64,000 nt of DNA, from the NCBI GenBank assembly GCA_030655515.1, contig JAURVI010000020.1, positions 43,597 through 107,596 of the forward strand, in the 5' to 3' direction. Shown here piece after piece: positions 50,360 to 59,289 of this stretch. The notes under the pieces are model-generated. The model was not told the origin of the DNA. It did not search any database and worked only from the letters and a program-made list of their open reading frames with translations. The DNA is from Polaromonas sp. Lineage in GTDB: Bacteria > Pseudomonadota > Gammaproteobacteria > Burkholderiales > Burkholderiaceae_C. The stretch's first letter is position 1. The number at the start of each line of letters is the position of its first letter. The translations under genes were made by a program, and so were the position numbers.

Positions 50360-51607
50360 ATGGACATTTTCATCGTCGGGGGTGCGGTGCGCGATGCCTT
50401 GCTGGGCTTGGAGGTGGCGGACCACGACTGGGTGGTGGTCGGCGCCACGCCTGAAGAACTGACGGCCCAGGGTTATCTGCCGGTCGGCAAGGACTTCCCG
50501 GTGTTCCTGCATCCGCAGACCCGGCAGGAGTATGCGCTGGCGCGCACCGAGCGCAACACGGCACGGGGCTACCGGGGCTTTGAGGTCTATGCCGCACCCG
50601 ATGTCACGTTGGAGCAGGACCTGGCGCGGCGCGATCTCACGATCAATTCAATAGCGGCCCGCGCCCTTCCTGGCAGCGCAGAAGGCCGGATCGGCATTGA
50701 CCTCGACACCCTGGTCGACCCCTATGGTGGCCGCAGGGACTTGGCCGGCAAGGTGCTGCGGCACGTCACCGAGGCGTTTCGCGAAGACCCGGTGCGCATC
50801 CTGCGGGTGGCGCGTTTTGCCGCGCGCTTTGCAGACTTCACGGTGGCGCCCGAGACCATGGCGCTGATGCAGGGCATGGTCAGTGACGGCGAGGTCGATG
50901 CACTGGTGGCCGAGCGCGTCTGGCAGGAACTGGGCCGCGGGCTGATGGAAAACACCCCCTCGCGCATGTTCGAGGTGCTGCGCGAATGCGGCGCGCTGCG
51001 CAAACTGCTGCCCGAGGTGGACAAGTTCTGGGGCATTGGGCAGCGCGCCGAATGCCACCCTGAAGTCGATGCCGGCATGCATCTGATGAGGGTGCTGGAC
51101 ATGTCGGCGCAATTGCAGGCCGGCCTGCCGGTGCGGTTTGCCTGCCTGATGATCAAATTGGGGTCAGATTCGAATTTGATCATCAAAGGTTTCTGTGAGC
51201 GGCTGCGGGTGCCGACCGACTGCCGCGAACTGGCCGACGTGGTGGCCCGCGAACACGGCAACATTCACCGCAGCGCTGAATTCGGCGCGGCCGCGCTGGT
51301 GCAGTTGCTGGAACGCTGCGACGCGTTTCGCAAGCCGCAGCGTTTTGGCGATGTGCTGCTGGCCTGCGAATGTGATGCGCGCGGCCGCCTCGGGCTGAAA
51401 AACCCGGCCTACCCGCAACGCCAGCGGCTGGCGCAGGCACTGCAGGCGGCCCAGTCGGTCGCCACCCCCATGGTCGCGCAAGCCGCGCAGGCGGCGGGGC
51501 TTGCCGGCCCGGAAATCGGGGAAATGATCCACACGGCCCGGGTCCAGGCGGTACAGGCCTGGCTGGGCGCGTCCACAGCGCAGACCGACCGCGCCGTCGG
51601 CCCCTGA
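50360..51607 (+). CDS. cca: CCA-adding tRNA nucleotidyltransferase (HD motif missing)
   Basis: VGGAVRD, DHD, RRDLTIN, EDPVRILRVARF, ERVWQE; the expected HDLGK is replaced by MIKLGSDSNLIIKG. Confidence 0.93.
   Translation: MDIFIVGGAVRDALLGLEVADHDWVVVGATPEELTAQGYLPVGKDFPVFLHPQTRQEYALARTERNTARGYRGFEVYAAPDVTLEQDLARRDLTINSIAARALPGSAEGRIGIDLDTLVDPYGGRRDLAGKVLRHVTEAFREDPVRILRVARFAARFADFTVAPETMALMQGMVSDGEVDALVAERVWQELGRGLMENTPSRMFEVLRECGALRKLLPEVDKFWGIGQRAECHPEVDAGMHLMRVLDMSAQLQAGLPVRFACLMIKLGSDSNLIIKGFCERLRVPTDCRELADVVAREHGNIHRSAEFGAAALVQLLERCDAFRKPQRFGDVLLACECDARGRLGLKNPAYPQRQRLAQALQAAQSVATPMVAQAAQAAGLAGPEIGEMIHTARVQAVQAWLGASTAQTDRAVGP
51147..51185. repeat. 39-bp AT-rich palindrome inside cca
   Basis: TGATGATCAAATT-GGGGTCAGATTCG-AATTTGATCATCA, perfect 13-bp arms. 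Confidence 0.85.
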
Positions 51608-51679
51608 TGTCGGCGGCGCAAACCAGCGCCTCGGCATTGCCGCCCGGTCCGCTTCAACGCTCTGGAAAGCAGCGTCGCG

Positions 51680-52471
51680 TCAGCCATGGCTGGGCGCTCC
51701 CAACAGGGCGCGCACGGCCTGCTCGCTGGCGCTGGCCGGCGCTGCCGCCCACCCGGGCAGCAGCGAGCGCCGCACCATTTCGCGCGATTCGCCACGCCGC
51801 ACGTCGACCTCGCGCACGACCTGCCCGTGTTCAATGACGAAGGCCACGTCGGCCAGGGCCAGCACGTCGTCGATGTCGTGCGTGATCATCACGACCGGCG
51901 TACGCCAGCGCGCGCACACCTGCGCCAGTTCGTGGCGCAGGTCTTGGCGCAGCAGCGGGTTGAGCGCGGCAAACGGCTCGTCGAGCAACAGCACCGCGGG
52001 TTCGCAAACCAGCGAGCGCGCCAGCGCGACGCGCTGCTGCTGGCCGCCCGAGAGCACGCCCGGCCGGCTGCGCGCCAAGGCGGCCAGGCCAAAGTTCTCC
52101 AGCACGCCATCGACACGCGACGCATCGTGCGGCGACAGGCGCCGGCGCCACCAGTTCGTCAGCCCGAAGGCCACGTTCTCGCGCACGCTCAGGTGGGGAA
52201 ACAGCGCGTAGTGCTGGAACAGGTAGCCGACGCGCCGTTCGGCCACTGGCAGGTCGATGCCCCGCCTCGCATCGAACAGCGTGCGTCCGCCGATATGCAC
52301 ATGACCGGCCGCAGGCCGCAGCAGCCCGGCGATGCTCTGCAGCGTGAGCGTCTTGCCCGCGCCCGAAGGCCCGTAGAGCGCCACCACCGGCGCCTCGCAG
52401 GCCAGGCGCACCGCCAGGTCGAAGCGGCGCGTGCCGTCCGTGACCGTGGTGTTCAGGTCGATGTCGATCAT
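51680..52471 (-). CDS. modC: Molybdate ABC transporter ATP-binding protein (short, no TOBE domain)
   Basis: [33 protein letters not shown]. Confidence 0.88.
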   Translation of the reverse strand: MIDIDLNTTVTDGTRRFDLAVRLACEAPVVALYGPSGAGKTLTLQSIAGLLRPAAGHVHIGGRTLFDARRGIDLPVAERRVGYLFQHYALFPHLSVRENVAFGLTNWWRRRLSPHDASRVDGVLENFGLAALARSRPGVLSGGQQQRVALARSLVCEPAVLLLDEPFAALNPLLRQDLRHELAQVCARWRTPVVMITHDIDDVLALADVAFVIEHGQVVREVDVRRGESREMVRRSLLPGWAAAPASASEQAVRALLGAPSHG

Positions 52472-52484
52472 GGGAGCGTTCTGT

Positions 52485-53234
52485 TCAGGGTAGGCCGAAG
52501 CCGTGCCTGGCCAGCACCTGCTGCGCCACGGGCGTGAACAAGAAAGCGATGAAGTCCCGGGCCAGCGCCTTGTTCCGGCTCTCGCTGACCACGGCCACCG
52601 GATAACTGACCGGCGTGTGACCCTGGGCCGTGAGCACGACCTTGACCTTGTCGCCGCTGATCGCGGCGTCGGTGCGGTAGACGAAGCCGGCATCGGCTTC
52701 GCCGCGCGCGACATAGTCCAGCACCTGGCGCACGCTGTCGGCAAACACGAACTTGGGCGCCAGCACGGACCAGAGCCTGGCCGCGTCGAGAACCTCCTTG
52801 GTGTAGCGGCCCACGGGCACCGTGGCGGTTTTGCCGATGGCGATGCGCCTGACGCTGGGGGAACCCAAATCGGCCAGCAACTTGATGTCCGACCCGCCCT
52901 GCGCCGACACTACCAGCACCACGGTGTTGCGCGCAAAGTCGCGTTGGGTGTCGGCATCCAGCAGTTTCTGATCGATACCACGCGTGACCGTGGCCTGGTC
53001 GGCGCTGGCGAACACGTCCACCGGCGCGCCCTGGGTGATTTGCTGGATCAGCGCGCCCGAGGCCGAAAAGTTCAAACGCAGCGTCACGCCGGGCTTGCCT
53101 GCCTCGAACTTCGGCGCCAGTTCGTTGAAAGCATGGCTCAGGCTGGCGGCGGCCGAAACGGTGAGCTGCTGCGCGGCCGCCAGCAGGGGCAGTGCAGCGA
53201 CGAGAACCGCAACCAGGGAACGTGTGAAGCGCAT
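52485..53234 (-). CDS. modA: Molybdate-binding periplasmic protein
   Basis: VSAAASL, ASGALIQQITQGAPVDVFASA, VPVGRY, GFVYRTDA. Confidence 0.92.
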   Translation of the reverse strand: MRFTRSLVAVLVAALPLLAAAQQLTVSAAASLSHAFNELAPKFEAGKPGVTLRLNFSASGALIQQITQGAPVDVFASADQATVTRGIDQKLLDADTQRDFARNTVVLVVSAQGGSDIKLLADLGSPSVRRIAIGKTATVPVGRYTKEVLDAARLWSVLAPKFVFADSVRQVLDYVARGEADAGFVYRTDAAISGDKVKVVLTAQGHTPVSYPVAVVSESRNKALARDFIAFLFTPVAQQVLARHGFGLP

Positions 53235-53252
53235 GGTAAAAGTCCCCAAGGG

Positions 53253-53927
53253 TCAGCGAAGGGACAGAAAGCGGCTGGAGGCGACCAGCACCGCAATCGA
53301 GATGGCCGACGTGACGAGCACCAGCAGCAGCGCCGTGTCGTCCTGGCCGGCCTGCACGGCGTCGTAGATCGCCATCGACAGGGTCTGGGTCTGGTGCGGA
53401 ATCGAGCCCGCCACCATCAGCGAAGCGCCGAACTCGCCCATGGCGCGTGCAAACGCCAGCAGCGTGCCGGCCAGGATGCCGGGCCAGGCCAGCGGCAGCG
53501 TGACGCGCACGAACACACTCCAGGACGACTGGCGCAGCGTGCGCGCGGCGGCCTCCAGCGTACGGTCGACCCCGGCGAACGCGGCGCTGGCCGACTTGAG
53601 GACCAGCGGCAACGCCACCAGCGCCGATGCGACCACCGCGCCATGCCAGTTGAAAATAATGGTGTAGTCGAAGTGCTCGCGCAGCCAGCCGCCGAGCGCG
53701 CTGCGCCGCCCGGCCAGCACCAGAATGCCGTAGCCGATCACCGTGGGCGGCAGCACCAGCGGCAGCATGCAGGCCGCCTCCAGCACGGTGCTGCCCGGAA
53801 AGCGCCGGCGTGCGAACAACCAGCCCAGCGCCACGCCGGCCACCAGCGCCAGCAGGGTCGCCACGCTGGCGACCTGAAGCGACAGGATCAGCGGCGAGCC
53901 GTCAAAATTTCGCAGTGCGTCCGACAT
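53253..53927 (-). CDS. modB: Molybdate ABC transporter permease
   Basis: LPLVLPPTVIGY, FARAMGEFGA, AGSIP. Confidence 0.92.
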   Translation of the reverse strand: MSDALRNFDGSPLILSLQVASVATLLALVAGVALGWLFARRRFPGSTVLEAACMLPLVLPPTVIGYGILVLAGRRSALGGWLREHFDYTIIFNWHGAVVASALVALPLVLKSASAAFAGVDRTLEAAARTLRQSSWSVFVRVTLPLAWPGILAGTLLAFARAMGEFGASLMVAGSIPHQTQTLSMAIYDAVQAGQDDTALLLVLVTSAISIAVLVASSRFLSLR

Positions 53928-53970
53928 GGTTGCAACATTCCTTACGTAGTGGGCTGCATCACGCTGTATC

Positions 53971-53986
53971 AGCAATATGCAGGCCA
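53971..53986 (-). promoter_or_regulatory. Sigma-54 promoter upstream of modB
   Basis: Minus strand reads TGGCCTGCATATTGCT (TGGC-N7-TTGCW). Confidence 0.65.
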
Positions 53987-54017
53987 GGATCAAGTCACGG
54001 AATGCAAGCGCGTCGAA

Positions 54018-54437
54018 TCAGGCCGATGTGATGGCCGGCGCTTCCTCCGGGCCAAAGCACACACGGTGATCAGGGCAAACGTCGCAACTTGGTGCCTTGC
54101 AGATCAACAATTCCTCGCGCAGGCACAACTGCTTGTAGAGGAACTTCTTCCACTTCATGTTGTGCGTGTTCAGCGCGGCAAGGCGCGGGAACCAGTGGCC
54201 GATCAGCGCCGAGAGTTCGAGCCGCGAAGGCAGGCCAAGGTCTTGCCACAAGTGGTTGTCCCCCAGACTGGCACAGGCAATGGCCCAGGCAACCGTGTCC
54301 ACTGCCTCGGCGGAACCTGCACCCGGATCGGCATGGTCGCCCAGCAGACTCATCAAATCGACAATCTCGTCGCGCCGGGATTCCATGCGATCAGCCAGTG
54401 CCTCCCAGTCAGGTGCGGGTGCCGCATGCGCCTTCAT
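54018..54437 (-). CDS. nifQ: Nitrogen fixation protein NifQ (short form)
   Basis: HLWQDLGL, MKWKKFLYKQLC, CKAPSCDVCPDHRVCFG. Confidence 0.92.
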   Translation of the reverse strand: MKAHAAPAPDWEALADRMESRRDEIVDLMSLLGDHADPGAGSAEAVDTVAWAIACASLGDNHLWQDLGLPSRLELSALIGHWFPRLAALNTHNMKWKKFLYKQLCLREELLICKAPSCDVCPDHRVCFGPEEAPAITSA

Positions 54438-54449
54438 GTTCCGCTCCGC

Positions 54450-54761
54450 TTAAACCACCGCAGCCGCGTGCGTGTAGCACTTCTTGGGGCAAATTTTGGA
54501 ACAGGCCGTGCAGCCGATGCACAGCTCCTGGTGGGCAATCGTCATGACTTTCTTTTCGTATTCCTCGTCGTCATCGTCATCGTCCAGGTCCACGCGAATG
54601 CGCTCGCCGTCCTCATTCAGCCCGACGAGTTCGAGCACGCCGCGCGGGCAGACCTTGAAACAGCGGCCGCAGCCGATGCACTTTTCTTCGTCCAGGGCAG
54701 CGACAAAGGTTGGCGTCCAGGTGGCGCCGCTGGGCAGGGTGACGTTGAAGGTGTTGCTCAT
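54450..54761 (-). CDS. fdxB: nif-specific ferredoxin III
   Basis: WTPTFV, CIGCGRCFKVC, CIGCTACSKICPKKCYTH. Confidence 0.92.
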   Translation of the reverse strand: MSNTFNVTLPSGATWTPTFVAALDEEKCIGCGRCFKVCPRGVLELVGLNEDGERIRVDLDDDDDDEEYEKKVMTIAHQELCIGCTACSKICPKKCYTHAAAVV

Positions 54762-54786
54762 GGTGGTTTCTCCGTCGCGGGGGGGG

Positions 54787-54987
54787 TCAGGCCGTTGCAG
54801 CGGCAACCGCTTTGCGGGCTTCCATCAGCGCGGCATGGGCGTCGTGACAGCGCTGGGAGACTTCCAGTATCTTTTCCCAATGGGTGGGCAGCTCTTCGGA
54901 CAGGTCGTGCAGGTCCATCTTGGCCTGCGTGGCGCGCGCATTGAGTTTCTTCAGGCTGGCCTTGAGTTCTTCGATATCGGCGGTCAT
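54787..54987 (-). CDS. CCE_0567/DUF683 family nif-associated protein
   Basis: LKKLNARATQAKMDLHDLSEELP. Confidence 0.9.
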   Translation of the reverse strand: MTADIEELKASLKKLNARATQAKMDLHDLSEELPTHWEKILEVSQRCHDAHAALMEARKAVAAATA

Positions 54988-54989
54988 GC

Positions 54990-55478
54990 TCAGGCTCCGT
55001 ATTGGGCAACGGCCGGATGGGCGCGGATCATGCCGACCGCCTCTTCCAGGAACTTGCCACCCGCATCGGCCAGCTTGGTCAGCGACGCAAACCCGAAGCG
55101 ATGCACGTCGCGCAACTGCTTGTTGACCACAACCAGCCGGCCGGCGATCAAGACCATGCGGCCGAAACCTTCGTGGCTCATTTTCATCATGGGCGAGACC
55201 ATCTGACCGGTTTCGCGCTCGATGGCCACGGCAATGGCGTTGTAGAAAATTTCCAGATGCCACAGCGTCTCGGGGTCCGGGTCGCCCATGATCGGTATCG
55301 CGCGCCGCTCCTCGGGCGTGTGGAGGTAGGGTTTGAGCAACTGCAGGTCGCTTTTTCCCTCCCAGGTGCCGTGGATGTCCTGCGCGCGCAATTGCTTGAT
55401 GAGTTGCTGCACAAAGGGGGGGGCGAGACAGGCCTCGTCGCTGGTGGCGGGGGTCTCGATGCTTGCTGCTTCAGTCAT
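54990..55478 (-). CDS. NifX-associated protein (DUF269)
   Basis: [33 protein letters not shown]. Confidence 0.92.
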   Translation of the reverse strand: MTEAASIETPATSDEACLAPPFVQQLIKQLRAQDIHGTWEGKSDLQLLKPYLHTPEERRAIPIMGDPDPETLWHLEIFYNAIAVAIERETGQMVSPMMKMSHEGFGRMVLIAGRLVVVNKQLRDVHRFGFASLTKLADAGGKFLEEAVGMIRAHPAVAQYGA

Positions 55479-55885
55479 GGGCTTACCTCGTCGTCTTCAA
55501 AGTCGAAAGAACGTTCGCCGTCCTTGGCCAGCGCCTTGCGCAGCCAGGGGGGTGGCGTGCCTTGCAGCACCACTTGCAGCTTGTCCAGAATCTCCGCAAT
55601 CGATTCGGGTTGCGGCACCTTGATCGGGTGGATCTTCATGGCCACCACGCGGGCCGCGCCCGAGCCGCCGATGGCGGCGACATACAGAATGGCAACATCC
55701 TTGATGGCTTCCAGCTTGGGGGCGAGTTTGTCTTCGTCGCCGTCTTCTTCGAGCTTGTCGCCGAAGTCGAAGCTTTCGACGAAATGGTGCCCTTCAGGCG
55801 ACGCTTCATAGACGACGATGCTCTTGGCCCAGCCGAAGTGCGCGTCAACATGCGCCTTGTCCTGGGTGGCGAAGGCAATTTTCAT
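55475..55885 (-). CDS. nifX: Nitrogen fixation protein NifX
   Basis: [38 protein letters not shown]. Confidence 0.94.
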   Translation of the reverse strand: MKIAFATQDKAHVDAHFGWAKSIVVYEASPEGHHFVESFDFGDKLEEDGDEDKLAPKLEAIKDVAILYVAAIGGSGAARVVAMKIHPIKVPQPESIAEILDKLQVVLQGTPPPWLRKALAKDGERSFDFEDDEVSP

Positions 55886-56150
55886 GGGGCTCTCCTTGTT
55901 TCTTTCTGTCAGGCGCTGGCCGCAAAGGTGATGCGAGCGATAAAAAGACTTCTAGGATACAAGCTCGGACCCAATGACTAACCAGGTAGAACTACCACAA
56001 CTTTCACTTGTAGACCTCGCTCGTATTTTGAGTGTTTTTGAGTTGGCATTTCACATATGGCTGAAGGCTAGTAGCAGAACCAACCGGCGCTGAGCGGCTT
56101 TATCGCGCAGCGTCCAGCGACCGAAACAATCCATGAGCCACACAAGCGGC

Positions 56151-56164
56151 TTGATGAACATCAA
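56151..56164. promoter_or_regulatory. FNR/FixK-type binding site
   Basis: TTGAT-GAAC-ATCAA, exact consensus, centred 44.5 bp upstream of the ATG at 56202. Confidence 0.8.
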
Positions 56165-56201
56165 GCGCGGACCCGCCGCCATGGCTTACCGTTCCTGAAT
56201 C

Positions 56202-57653
56202 ATGCAAACCGCCGATGCCGCCCTGGTCACCGCAATCGCCCGCACCTTGCGCGCGCAGGTTGTCGAAACACACATCTCCTGGATCCTGCTGGCCGGCGAC
56301 ACCGCCTACAAGATCAAGAAACCGGTGCGGTTGCCGTTCGTCGATTACGGCACCCTGCAAGCACGGCGTCATTTCTGCGAAGAAGAGTTGCGGCTGAACC
56401 GGCGACTGGCGCCGCTGCTGTACCTGGGCGTCACTCGAATCACCGGTACGCCGCAGGCGCCCGTCCTCGACGGCCCCGGACCGGTGCTGGAATATGCGGT
56501 GCGCATGCGCCGCTTCGCGCCGGGTGCCCTGTTTAGCGAGCAGCTCGCCGCGGGCACGCTGAGCGCCGCCGACGTCGACCGCTTGGCCGCACGGCTCGCC
56601 GACTTTCACGCGCATGCACCGCGCGCCGACGCGGCGAGCGGTTTCGCGAGCAACGAGCGGCGGCGCGATGCGGCCCTGGCGGCACTCCAAGGTGTGCTGC
56701 CGCTGGCGAACGAAGCCGAGCAGGCCGCGCTACGGGCCTGGCTCGAAGCCGAGGCCGCGGCACTGACGCCGTTGTGGGCGTCCCGCCGGACGGACGGCCG
56801 CGTACGCGAATGCCATGGCGACCTGCACCTCGCCAACGTGGTGTGCCTTGATGCAGACGTGGTGGCCTTCGACTGCATCGAGTTTGACCCGGCGCTGCGC
56901 TGGATCGACGTGCTTGACGACGCGGCCTTCGTCGTCATGGACTTCGCCGCCCACGGCCGGCGCGACCTGGCCTTCCGCTTCTTGAACGCCTGGCTCGACC
57001 ACACAGGAGACCATGCAAGTCTGCCGGCGCTGCGCTTCTCGGTCGTCTACCGGGCGCTGGTGCGGGCACAGGTGGAACACCTGCGCAGCGCAGCGTGTAC
57101 CGCCGCGCGGCGCTATCTGGAGACGGCGCTGGCCTGGACACGTCCGGGCAGCCCGGAGCTCGTCATCACCCACGGCCTGCCGGGCTCGGGCAAGACCTTT
57201 GTCTCGCAGCGCCTGCTGGAGACAAAAGGCGCGATCCGGCTGCGCTCGGATGTCGAGCGCAAGCGCCTGTTCGGCCTTGGCATGTTCGAAAATTCGCGCG
57301 CCAAGGGGCTGAACCTGTACGAGGCCGAGGCCACCGCACACACCTACGAGCACCTTTTCGAAGTAGCGCGCATCGCTGTGCAGGCGGGCTACCCCGTGAT
57401 CCTCGACGCCGCTTTCCTGCGCCGCGCGGAACGGACCCAGGCCCTCGCGCTTGCGCGCGCGCTCGACGTGCCGTTCTGCATCGTGGCTTGCAAGGCGCCG
57501 CTGCCGGTGCTGCGCGCGCGCCTGCTGGCCCGCCGGGGCGACCCTTCGGAGGCGGACGCCACCGTGCTCGAACGCCTGCGCACAGCCGCCGAGCCGCTTG
57601 CCGGCGACGAGCTGGCGTTTGTGCATGCCGTGCCGGACGACGTTCTTCCTTGA
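56202..57653 (+). CDS. Bifunctional APH-like phosphotransferase / P-loop (AAA_33) kinase
   Basis: ETHISW, YKIKKPV, EELRLNRRLAP, ECHGDLHL, FDCIEF; C-terminal HGLPGSGKT, RSDVERKRL, SEAD. Confidence 0.9.
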   Translation: MQTADAALVTAIARTLRAQVVETHISWILLAGDTAYKIKKPVRLPFVDYGTLQARRHFCEEELRLNRRLAPLLYLGVTRITGTPQAPVLDGPGPVLEYAVRMRRFAPGALFSEQLAAGTLSAADVDRLAARLADFHAHAPRADAASGFASNERRRDAALAALQGVLPLANEAEQAALRAWLEAEAAALTPLWASRRTDGRVRECHGDLHLANVVCLDADVVAFDCIEFDPALRWIDVLDDAAFVVMDFAAHGRRDLAFRFLNAWLDHTGDHASLPALRFSVVYRALVRAQVEHLRSAACTAARRYLETALAWTRPGSPELVITHGLPGSGKTFVSQRLLETKGAIRLRSDVERKRLFGLGMFENSRAKGLNLYEAEATAHTYEHLFEVARIAVQAGYPVILDAAFLRRAERTQALALARALDVPFCIVACKAPLPVLRARLLARRGDPSEADATVLERLRTAAEPLAGDELAFVHAVPDDVLP

Positions 57654-57689
57654 TGGTTTCGCCGTCCCCGCCTCCTGCCTGAGGCTGAC

Positions 57690-57719
57690 GCCCGGCCTTG
57701 CGCTTTGTCAAGGCCGGGC
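57690..57719. promoter_or_regulatory. Degenerate FNR-family site within a longer palindrome
   Basis: GCCCGGCC-TTGCGCTTTGTCAA-GGCCGGGC upstream of the phosphorylase gene. Confidence 0.5.
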
Positions 57720-57759
57720 ACACTCGCCTTGCCTACAGTGGACGCAAAGGACTCCCGCC

Positions 57760-59289
57760 ATGCCCACGACGTCCCCTCCTCCGACTGCCAGCAAGCTGCG
57801 CCTGCGCAGGCTCGGCATCGACACCTACCAGGAGCCGGTGCTGTACATGCACCGCGACTGCCACGTCTGCCATTCGGAAGGTTTCGAGGCACAGTCGCGG
57901 GTGGAGCTCGCGCTGGGCGGCCGCAGCATCATCGCCACGCTCAATGTGGTGAGCGGTGACTTCCTCTCGCCCACCGAGGCCGGCCTGTCGGAAGCCGCGT
58001 GGCGCCTGCTGAAAGCGCAGGAGGGTGACATGGTCGCGCTGCGCCACCCCGCGCCGCTCGAATCGCTGGGCCATGTGCGCGCCAAGGTGTACGGGCGGCG
58101 CCTCTCGCCCGCGGCCATCACCGCCGTGATCGAGGACGTGGCTGCGGGCCACTACTCCGACCTGCAGCTCGCGGCCTTCGTCACCGCCTGCGCCGGTGAC
58201 CGGCTCGATCTGGAGGAAACCATCGCGCTGACCCGCGCCATGGTCAACGTGGGCGAGCGCATGCACTGGGGCGACGGGCTGGTGATGGACAAGCATTGCG
58301 TGGGCGGACTGCCGGGCAACCGGACCACCATGGTGATCGTGCCTATCGTGGCGGCCTGTGGGCTGCGCATGCCCAAGACCTCGTCGCGCGCCATCACCTC
58401 GCCGGCCGGCACGGCCGACACCATGGAGACCCTGGCACCCGTGGACCTGGACGTGGCGCAAATCCGCCGCGTGGTCGAGCGTACCGGCGGCTGCATCGTG
58501 TGGGGCGGCGCGGTGCGGCTGAGCCCGGCCGATGACATCCTGATCCGGGTCGAGCGGCCGTTGGACCTGGACAGCCAGGGCCAGTTGGTGGCCTCGGTGC
58601 TGTCAAAGAAGGCTGCGGCCGGCTCCACCCATGTGGTGATCGACATGCCGGTCGGACTGACCGCCAAGGTCCGCAGTGCGCAGGCCGCGACCCTGCTGGG
58701 ACGACAGCTTGAGCAGGTCGGACAAGCGCTGGGCATGCAGGTGTGCGTGGTGCAGACCGATGGCCTGGCCCCCGTGGGCCGCGGCATCGGCCCCGCGCTG
58801 GAGGCGCGTGACGTGCTGTCCGTGCTGCGCCTCGAAACCCAGGCCCCGGCCGATCTGGCGCAGCGTTCGCTGCAGTTGGCCGGACGGATCCTCGAGTTCG
58901 GTGGCGCCGCCGCACCCGGTAGCGGCTTGGCCCTGGCGACGTCCGTGTTGGCCGATGGCCGCGCCTGGCGCAAATTTCAGGCTATCTGCGAAGCGCAGGG
59001 GGGTCTGCGCGAGCCGCCGGTGGCGGCCTACCAGCAAGCCGTGCCGGCACTGCACAGCGGCAGCGTGATTGCCATTGACAACCGGCGCCTGGCCCGCATT
59101 GCCAAGCTGGCAGGCGCGCCCAAGGCGGTCTGCGCGGGCATCGACCTGCATGTGCGACTCGGCGAGGTCGTCGAGCGCGGCCAGCCGCTGTTCACGCTGC
59201 ACGCGGCCACGCCGGGCGAGCTGGCCTATGCGCTGGAATACGCAACGTCCCAGGCGGAAGCGGTGCATGTGATGGAAGATGCGACATGA
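57760..59289 (+). CDS. AMP phosphorylase-like thymidine phosphorylase family protein
   Basis: Extra N-terminal domain (LGIDTYQE...GLSEAAW), DKHCVGGLPGNRTT, KTSSRAITSPAGTADTME, GRGIGPALEARDV. Confidence 0.92.
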   Translation: MPTTSPPPTASKLRLRRLGIDTYQEPVLYMHRDCHVCHSEGFEAQSRVELALGGRSIIATLNVVSGDFLSPTEAGLSEAAWRLLKAQEGDMVALRHPAPLESLGHVRAKVYGRRLSPAAITAVIEDVAAGHYSDLQLAAFVTACAGDRLDLEETIALTRAMVNVGERMHWGDGLVMDKHCVGGLPGNRTTMVIVPIVAACGLRMPKTSSRAITSPAGTADTMETLAPVDLDVAQIRRVVERTGGCIVWGGAVRLSPADDILIRVERPLDLDSQGQLVASVLSKKAAAGSTHVVIDMPVGLTAKVRSAQAATLLGRQLEQVGQALGMQVCVVQTDGLAPVGRGIGPALEARDVLSVLRLETQAPADLAQRSLQLAGRILEFGGAAAPGSGLALATSVLADGRAWRKFQAICEAQGGLREPPVAAYQQAVPALHSGSVIAIDNRRLARIAKLAGAPKAVCAGIDLHVRLGEVVERGQPLFTLHAATPGELAYALEYATSQAEAVHVMEDAT

